Shown here in pieces: positions 1 through 5,275 of a DNA stretch of 18,157 nucleotides (position 1 is the first letter of the stretch; the number at the start of each line of letters is the position of its first letter). The notes beneath the pieces are model-generated. The model saw nothing but the letters and a program-made list of their open reading frames with translations, searched no databases and was not told the origin of the DNA. The DNA lies in contig JAYGDX010000084.1 in assembly GCA_046582655.1 (NCBI GenBank), forward strand, positions 1 through 18,157, written 5' to 3'. Source of the DNA: Candidatus Poribacteria bacterium (GTDB lineage: Bacteria; Poribacteria; WGA-4E; UBA9662). The position numbers and the translations under genes were made by a program.

Positions 1-276
1 GGCAAAAAAACAATTTTTTATCTCTCTTCCAATAATGGAAAAAATTGGCAGGAAGTAGCAGAGAGCAAGGATAATCCTACATTCAATAGCATTTTCCTGC
101 GTAATAACCAAAATACGGGTAAAAATCCGACGGAAGCTTACTTTGATGATTTTAGAATTATGGATTTAGGAGAGAAAACCATACTTTACGAGGGATTTGG
201 AGGAGATGTAGATTCATTGAATGTTTCGAGCAGGGGTAAGTTAGCGACTACATGGTGGCAGTTGAAACTACAATGA
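1..276 (+). CDS. 3' end of a putative secreted protein with Poribacteria-type C-terminal motif (partial, runs off window start)
   Basis: Frame 1 is open from base 1 to TGA at 274-276: GKKTIFYLSSNNGKNWQEV...EAYFDDFRI...DSLNVSSRGKLATTWWQLKLQ*. The tail matches that of the LamG protein at 3929-4681. Absent from the ORF track because the start lies outside the window. Confidence 0.85.
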   Translation, partial: GKKTIFYLSSNNGKNWQEVAESKDNPTFNSIFLRNNQNTGKNPTEAYFDDFRIMDLGEKTILYEGFGGDVDSLNVSSRGKLATTWWQLKLQ

Positions 277-607
277 GGCACCAGATATAAATTAATAATG
301 TAAAGATGCTTTGGTTAGATTCAAGGGAAATTGGTGTCGGCAACGACGTTAACAACCAGCATCAGTTCAGCCCCATCAATGTCACTGCCGTGGGACTGGA
401 TCTGCAACCAGACGTGAAAGCTACTGATCTTCCAAGCCTTGCAACTGTTATTGACAACAATGAGGTCGAGGTATACATCGACAAGTGTCGCTCTTGAGAT
501 AGAGCCTTCCCTAAGGATCCGGCTGACACAGCGAGCCTCCACTTTGGGTGCTATGCGCCCGATTTGATTGAACCAATTACTGCCAGCTCTTTACCCCCAC
601 GAGTCAC

Positions 608-793
608 GAGACCGCTACGGCGGTACATATAAAGCGTCGGATAATTTTCCAGCGCAAAAGAACAGCTTCCAAAACAGCGTAACGCATTGCTCCCTTCCAG
701 CGAAAACCCGAAAGCTAGACAACCCATCTACACTAGTTTGAACTAGACTTTAGGTTGGTGTGGGCGGGTTTATTCTGATTTGTGTCATAGGCT
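608..793 (+). repeat. Dispersed intergenic repeat, copy A (putative structured element)
   Basis: 619-683 is 58/65 identical to 3600-3664 and 51/62 identical (one 3-nt gap) to 4906-4967. 736-793 is 40/58 identical, ungapped, to 5029-5086. Hairpins at 611-624 and 721-770. Confidence 0.85.
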
Positions 794-914
794 TACTGCC
801 TTATAATCGAATAGTATGTACTCCGTAGGGCAGATACAATCAGATCAGGGAAATTAAGCCAAACCTTGCTTTTGAAGATTTAGAATCGAATCCCACTGGA
901 TAAAGAATTACCAC

Positions 915-2435
915 TTATTCTGGCTCGTGGCTTCGTCGAACATGGTACATTGGAAATGTGCCGTACCCTTTTGCTAATGGAAGCGTCCCTACGTAGTCAC
1001 AAGTGATTTCAACAACGTTGGATGCCACGATTAACGCCGCAAAGTGCTCGCTGGCATAGACCTGCCCTGGGGGCGTGATAGGCTCAATTCGAGCCGCTCG
1101 ATTTACGTGTGCTCCAGAGAAGTTGATTTTTTGAATCAGCGGATCTGTAAAACGATATACCGGACCGCTATGTAGGGAGATACGCATGTTCAGAGCTGCG
1201 GAAAGTCCGCGTTGTTCCCAGTCTGTGTCACGAATGAGATCTCTGGTGGATAAAGCGAAATGTGCAGCTTCTAGAACTGACGAAAAAACAAAGTAGAAAG
1301 CGTCGCCCCACGTATTTTGATGCAGGGGCTTATAAGGCGATCGTTCGATTTCATTGGCAATATGCCCCACAAATTCTTGAACGAAGAAGGGAACATCTCG
1401 TTCAGTGAGCTTACTAAAACCAACCACATCAGCAAAGAACATCACGCGAATTTCCTGTGGAAAGTCTAGCATGATTTCCGGTGCCACGGTTGATATGTTT
1501 GGTACCACAACTGGATTATTGGTTTCAATCACTGGCATGTCCACTATCTCAATTTGTCTGTTGAATTGTTTCCAGTGCTGAAGCATAGCATAAGTTTCGC
1601 CTGGCTTATCATCTGCTTGCCCGTCCCAAACGGCCAAGGCTGTTAAATCCGTGTCATAAACTTGAGATCGAAGCTTGGCAGCTCCGTCCAAGATCAGACT
1701 GGTGAATTCCAATAACACAGTGTTGTCAAGGGCAGGATAATCGTTGGCATAAATGATACTATTTGCTTGTGCTAATACCCTTTCAAATCGATCCTTCCAG
1801 TCATCACCGGGAACCACGTCCACACTGGTTTTAATATACGCCTCTTTTTCAAAGGGCATGACAATGTTAATTTCTGCGTTGCGTTCTAACATCGCTTCTA
1901 AAAAGAGGATATCAGCACCGGCAGCAGCACAGGCGTAGCCAATTTCTGGGCCGAGTTGATTTAAATGTTTAACAATCCGCTTTTTGACTTCAGTTTCTAG
2001 GTGTGAAGGGAAACGGGAATAGCTAAGTGCGGGTCGGTCGATTCTGTGCCCGGAGAAAACAACAATTCTTGGGAGGGCAAAGCAGTTGTCTAACCAATTC
2101 GGGGCTTCCCCAAGATATTGTAATAGAAGGCGAGCTTGTTGCCGTGTTGAGTTGAGATTTGCAAAGTCACCTTTTCCTAGCGCGCCTGCACTTGAATAGT
2201 AAGTTCTCGCTTCCTCCAATTTTCCCAGAATTAGGGAGACTTCACCAAGCGTAGCCTCTGTCCAATAATTCGGTTCAGAACCTTCAGCATCCTCAAGACT
2301 AACTTGATAAACATGTTCTCCAATACGATGCGCATTTTCCAGATCACCCCGGAACAAGGCGAGAGTGGCGGCGTTAATACCGGGATAAGGATCTCCGGCT
2401 TTGTTGTAAGCGGTTTCATAAGCTTCGTAGGCCAA
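915..2435 (-). CDS. C-terminal segment of the interrupted gene: TPR + SLOG-like + class III nucleotidyl cyclase
   Basis: 506-aa ORF with both metal-binding Asp (FADVVG, TWGD) and the transition-state N/R pair (VNRAAR). The TTG start at 2435 lacks a clear RBS and is probably not the true start. Confidence 0.7.
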   Translation of the reverse strand: MAYEAYETAYNKAGDPYPGINAATLALFRGDLENAHRIGEHVYQVSLEDAEGSEPNYWTEATLGEVSLILGKLEEARTYYSSAGALGKGDFANLNSTRQQARLLLQYLGEAPNWLDNCFALPRIVVFSGHRIDRPALSYSRFPSHLETEVKKRIVKHLNQLGPEIGYACAAAGADILFLEAMLERNAEINIVMPFEKEAYIKTSVDVVPGDDWKDRFERVLAQANSIIYANDYPALDNTVLLEFTSLILDGAAKLRSQVYDTDLTALAVWDGQADDKPGETYAMLQHWKQFNRQIEIVDMPVIETNNPVVVPNISTVAPEIMLDFPQEIRVMFFADVVGFSKLTERDVPFFVQEFVGHIANEIERSPYKPLHQNTWGDAFYFVFSSVLEAAHFALSTRDLIRDTDWEQRGLSAALNMRISLHSGPVYRFTDPLIQKINFSGAHVNRAARIEPITPPGQVYASEHFAALIVASNVVEITCDYVGTLPLAKGYGTFPMYHVRRSHEPE

Positions 2436-2558
2436 ACGGAGCTGTTCTTCTTGGGCTTCCCCGTTGCTCTCTTTTTGCCATAGGTCCTTGTGCGTCCTGC
2501 CTAAGAGTGAAAGAGTTTCAGAATCATCATGGCCGTCGTTGATTAGGTTTTGAGCTGT

Positions 2559-3143
2559 CTAGTTGGCCTTAAGTGGCGATCCTCCGCGGGCAAGCCCTAG
2601 CCCAAGCAATTGTTGTAACGGGAGGTCGCGCGGCCAAGTTTCCAAACCTTCGGAAAGTACATCGTAAGCCAGTAGGTTTTCAGCCATACCCAAAAAACGC
2701 TTCCCCAGAATACGGTAGGTGTCGGGTACTTGTCTCCAGAGATCTTTTGACCTTGTTTGCCAGATTTCCTGAAGGGCGTGAAGGTCAAGACTTTTATCCT
2801 CCATTCGTAGGATTATTTTCCTAGCCTCATCTTGATAATCAGCGCTACCACTACCACTTGTTGGCGGGATTATCTGGTAACCTAGGTGTTGTATCGTCTT
2901 TAGTGCTTCCATGGCAGTGTTGCGGTCGTATGCTTTTTCAGACTCTGGAAGTTGATCATAAGGAACAAGGCAGGGGTGTTCCAGGTTTTCGTCATTGCGC
3001 ACTTCTCCATATGTCCAACCATCGTTAATTCTCCCTTGTGCCCATATCTCGTGGGTGTTCTCAGACAGAAGTTCGGTTAGACTTTCTAATTCCTCAGGCA
3101 GTTGGACATCTGACGTATCAATGGGTTTTGGCTTATATGTCAT
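2559..3143 (-). CDS. N-terminal segment of the interrupted gene: RyR (ryanodine receptor repeat) domain protein
   Basis: The first ~92 aa are a typical RyR domain (LSENTHEIWAQGRINDGWTYGEVRNDENLEHPCLVPYDQLPESEKAYDR), followed by a GSGS linker and the start of a helical TPR region. Good RBS. Confidence 0.8.
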   Translation of the reverse strand: MTYKPKPIDTSDVQLPEELESLTELLSENTHEIWAQGRINDGWTYGEVRNDENLEHPCLVPYDQLPESEKAYDRNTAMEALKTIQHLGYQIIPPTSGSGSADYQDEARKIILRMEDKSLDLHALQEIWQTRSKDLWRQVPDTYRILGKRFLGMAENLLAYDVLSEGLETWPRDLPLQQLLGLGLARGGSPLKAN

Positions 3144-3584
3144 AGAATTACCTCAACCAGAATGAAGGACAGTCTGTTAAAACATCGTCGTACATAAAGT
3201 GACTTTAATATACCGTTGCTTACTCATTTTTACTGTTCTGGACCGCAATCTTAAACCTAGCAAGATAACATAATTCAGTTATATAGAGAATCTGTTTCAG
3301 ATCGAGGATCCTAGATTTGAAACTATCATATATTTTGATGTTTCCTAGCGGGTCCGGTCTTTAGTATCCAGCCCCTCCTTAATATATAACAGATAAAAAC
3401 TAAACAAGGTTTCAATCCCATAGCCAAAGTTTGTGACAAATATAAAGGTGGGAAATGGTCACTGAAGTGATGCTGCCTGTCGATAGGTAGGGATAACAAG
3501 TGGTGTCCAGCACCCCAGATGAGATGTCGAGAGCGGTGGAGGGATTGGCTCCCTTGTTTGCCATCGGACGCCGTTAGGCTGTTC

Positions 3585-3688
3585 TCTAACTGCGCCATAG
3601 GCGGTACATACAAAGCGTCGGAGAAGTTTCAAGCACAAAAGAACAGATTCCAAAACAGCATAACCTCGCATACCATCTACCCGATTTC
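3585..3688 (+). repeat. Dispersed intergenic repeat, copy B (shorter, internally deleted)
   Basis: 3600-3664 is 58/65 identical to 619-683. It is followed by CCATCTAC, also present in copy A at 724-731, but ~30 nt of the intervening sequence is missing. Confidence 0.85.
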
Positions 3689-3928
3689 CCTTATTTCACG
3701 ACTGATGGTCGATTTATGAACTCCGACCTAATTGGCGATCTCCGTTTAATGATATCCTTGCTTAAGCATTAGATAAATTCCGTATCTTGTTTAGGTTGCA
3801 CTTATATAGTTGAATCCGCCTGACATTATATGCATAATGGATATTGGACAGTGCAAGAAATCAACTCTGCTATGACAAGAAAGCAAGCCCTTGTTCGATT
3901 GAGATTGACAAAGATAGAGGAACGAAAG

Positions 3929-4681
3929 ATGAGATCTAAATATATGCTAACAATTGCGTTCTGTTGGTTATCGGTAACGATTGCCACCGCACAGATCGAC
4001 CAAAATCCAATTGGCTTTTGGCAGTTTGATGAGGGAAAAGGAGCCCTAGCTGCTGATGCGTCTGGTAACAAGTTCCAGGGCAAGATGATTGGAAATCCGA
4101 AATGGGTGGGAGGCAAAGTTGGTAAAGCACTTCAATTTGATGGTGCCAAAGCCTATGTCGAAGTAGCTGACATTAAAACCCCTCCTGTTTTGACCTTTGC
4201 CTGTTGGTTCAAGAAAATGGGAAAAGGCAATGGTGGAGTGCCTCGGATTCATTCCAGTGGTGGCGGACCATGGACACTAGAATATGGGATAGGCAATACT
4301 CATCAACCAGATGGCCTCGGATTTTATCTTGCTTTTCAGGAAGGTGGAGCCACCGGCTGGAAAATGTTTTTCACTCCTAAAGAGGGAAGTTGGTACCATA
4401 CAGCCATCACCTTTGATGGCAAGACGGTCAGAACCTACGTCAATGGGGAGCAAAAATTCGAGAGTGATGCCTGGAAAAACAAGAAGATCAACTCTCATAT
4501 TTCTCGGATTGGAGCCCATGCACCTGGCGGTGACTGTTTCGATGGGATCATAGATCAGGTAGTCATGTTTGAAGTCGCCCTCTCAAAAAAGGAGATCCAG
4601 AGCCTACATGACGGAACGTGGTTGGCTGTAGATTCTGCTGATAAGATAACAGTTACTTGGGCAGATCTAAAACAGAAATAA
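3929..4681 (+). CDS. Secreted LamG-like jellyroll (concanavalin A-like) domain protein with Poribacteria-type C-terminal motif
   Basis: Signal peptide MRSKYMLTIAFCWLSVTIATA; GFWQFDEGKG..ADASGN..GKVGKALQFDG..WYHTAITFDG..YVNG..FDGIIDQV; tail AVDSADKITVTWADLKQK. Start moved from 3830 to the ATG at 3929 (GAGG 8 nt upstream, signal peptide follows). Confidence 0.92.
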   Translation: MRSKYMLTIAFCWLSVTIATAQIDQNPIGFWQFDEGKGALAADASGNKFQGKMIGNPKWVGGKVGKALQFDGAKAYVEVADIKTPPVLTFACWFKKMGKGNGGVPRIHSSGGGPWTLEYGIGNTHQPDGLGFYLAFQEGGATGWKMFFTPKEGSWYHTAITFDGKTVRTYVNGEQKFESDAWKNKKINSHISRIGAHAPGGDCFDGIIDQVVMFEVALSKKEIQSLHDGTWLAVDSADKITVTWADLKQK

Positions 4682-4895
4682 GTTTGCTCTGTCTGCTACT
4701 CTCGTCAGCCTTTGCAGATCAACCGTCGATCTCTATCGAGAGGCATCCGTTGGTATCCTACCAAAATATCGATTAGATTGCAGAAGCACTTCGATAGTCT
4801 GGTATTGCTCGACCTACCGGGTGGGTTCAGCGGCTTCGTTGAGTTTGGTGACAACCTGCCTTCACTCGCCACTGATGGGGTTGGCAGCAAGATGC

Positions 4896-5086
4896 AGATC
4901 TCCACGGAGGTACATACGCGTCGGATAAGTTTCAAGCGGATAAGACCTGATTTCAAGACAGCGTAACACAACACATATCTTCCAGCTAGAAGCTAATAAC
5001 TAAAAAGCCACACATCTCACCCATACCGGTTTGAACTAGATCTCAGGCAAGTGTGAGTGAAGTGATTCTAACCTACGCCATAGGCT
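4896..5086 (+). repeat. Dispersed intergenic repeat, copy C
   Basis: Colinear with copy A over ~190 nt (51/62 in the 5' core, 40/58 in the 3' block). Hairpins at 4898-4911 and 5017-5060. Confidence 0.85.
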
Positions 5087-5275
5087 CAGATTGAACCTCC
5101 AGCCGAACAGTTAGAGACATTAAGGCACTATATCATCCAATTCTTTTTACATTTATCTAAAGTATTTGGCTGATCCTGTCGATAGATAGGTGGGCTTGTT
5201 TGCACCCGTACTGCGGGTGGAGTGTATACCTGTTTCCCGTTTAAAACAAGAAACAAAGGACATATATCATCGATT

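Larger units (their letters stand above)
915..3143 (-). pseudogene. RyR domain + TPR (TRAF-binding/TPR-S-like) + SLOG-like + class III adenylate/guanylate cyclase fusion, interrupted by a single in-frame TAG at 2559-2561
   Basis: ORFs 2559..3143 and 915..2435 share a frame, and the 41 codons between them are open (TAQNLINDGHDDSETLSLLGRTHKDLW...). GAGGT RBS lies 6 nt before the ATG at 3143. Motifs: YKPKPIDTSDVQL..HEIWAQGRINDGWTYG..HPCLVPYDQLPESEKAYD (RyR); YPGINAATL and YWTEATLGE (TPR); VVFSGHRID..AAAGADILF (SLOG-like); FADVVGFS..TWGDA..RISLHSGP..GAHVNRAARIE (cyclase). May be an intact gene with a sequencing error. Confidence 0.8.

Noticed and set aside
321..542. 73-aa minus-strand ORF, and the overlapping 63-aa plus ORF 306-497, as real genes
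   Set aside because: No recognisable family or RBS; kept only as a possible relic in findings.
546..562. ATGCGCCCG resembling a group II intron 5' end (GTGCG)
   Set aside because: First base differs, and no domain V/VI motif or reverse transcriptase ORF is present.
2559..2561. Genome-wide amber recoding or pyrrolysine
   Set aside because: TAG terminates other genes at the expected family C-termini in this window. No pyl genes are present and the protein is not a methylamine methyltransferase.
3830..3928. Longer N-terminus for the LamG gene
   Set aside because: RBS and signal peptide fit the ATG at 3929.
3459..4974. Minus-strand ORFs 3459-3671 and 4705-4974 with similar N-termini (YAVL..LKL.RR.CT) as a small-protein family
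   Set aside because: Similarity is confined to the DNA repeat, the equivalent frame in copy A stops after ~27 codons, and starts are not conserved.
608..5116. Repeats as integron attC sites or a CRISPR array
   Set aside because: TCTAAC..GTTAGA at 5067-5115 is complementary but too short, does not fit RYYYAAC/GTTRRRY and is not conserved in copy A. There is no integrase. Copies are kilobases apart, unlike CRISPR.
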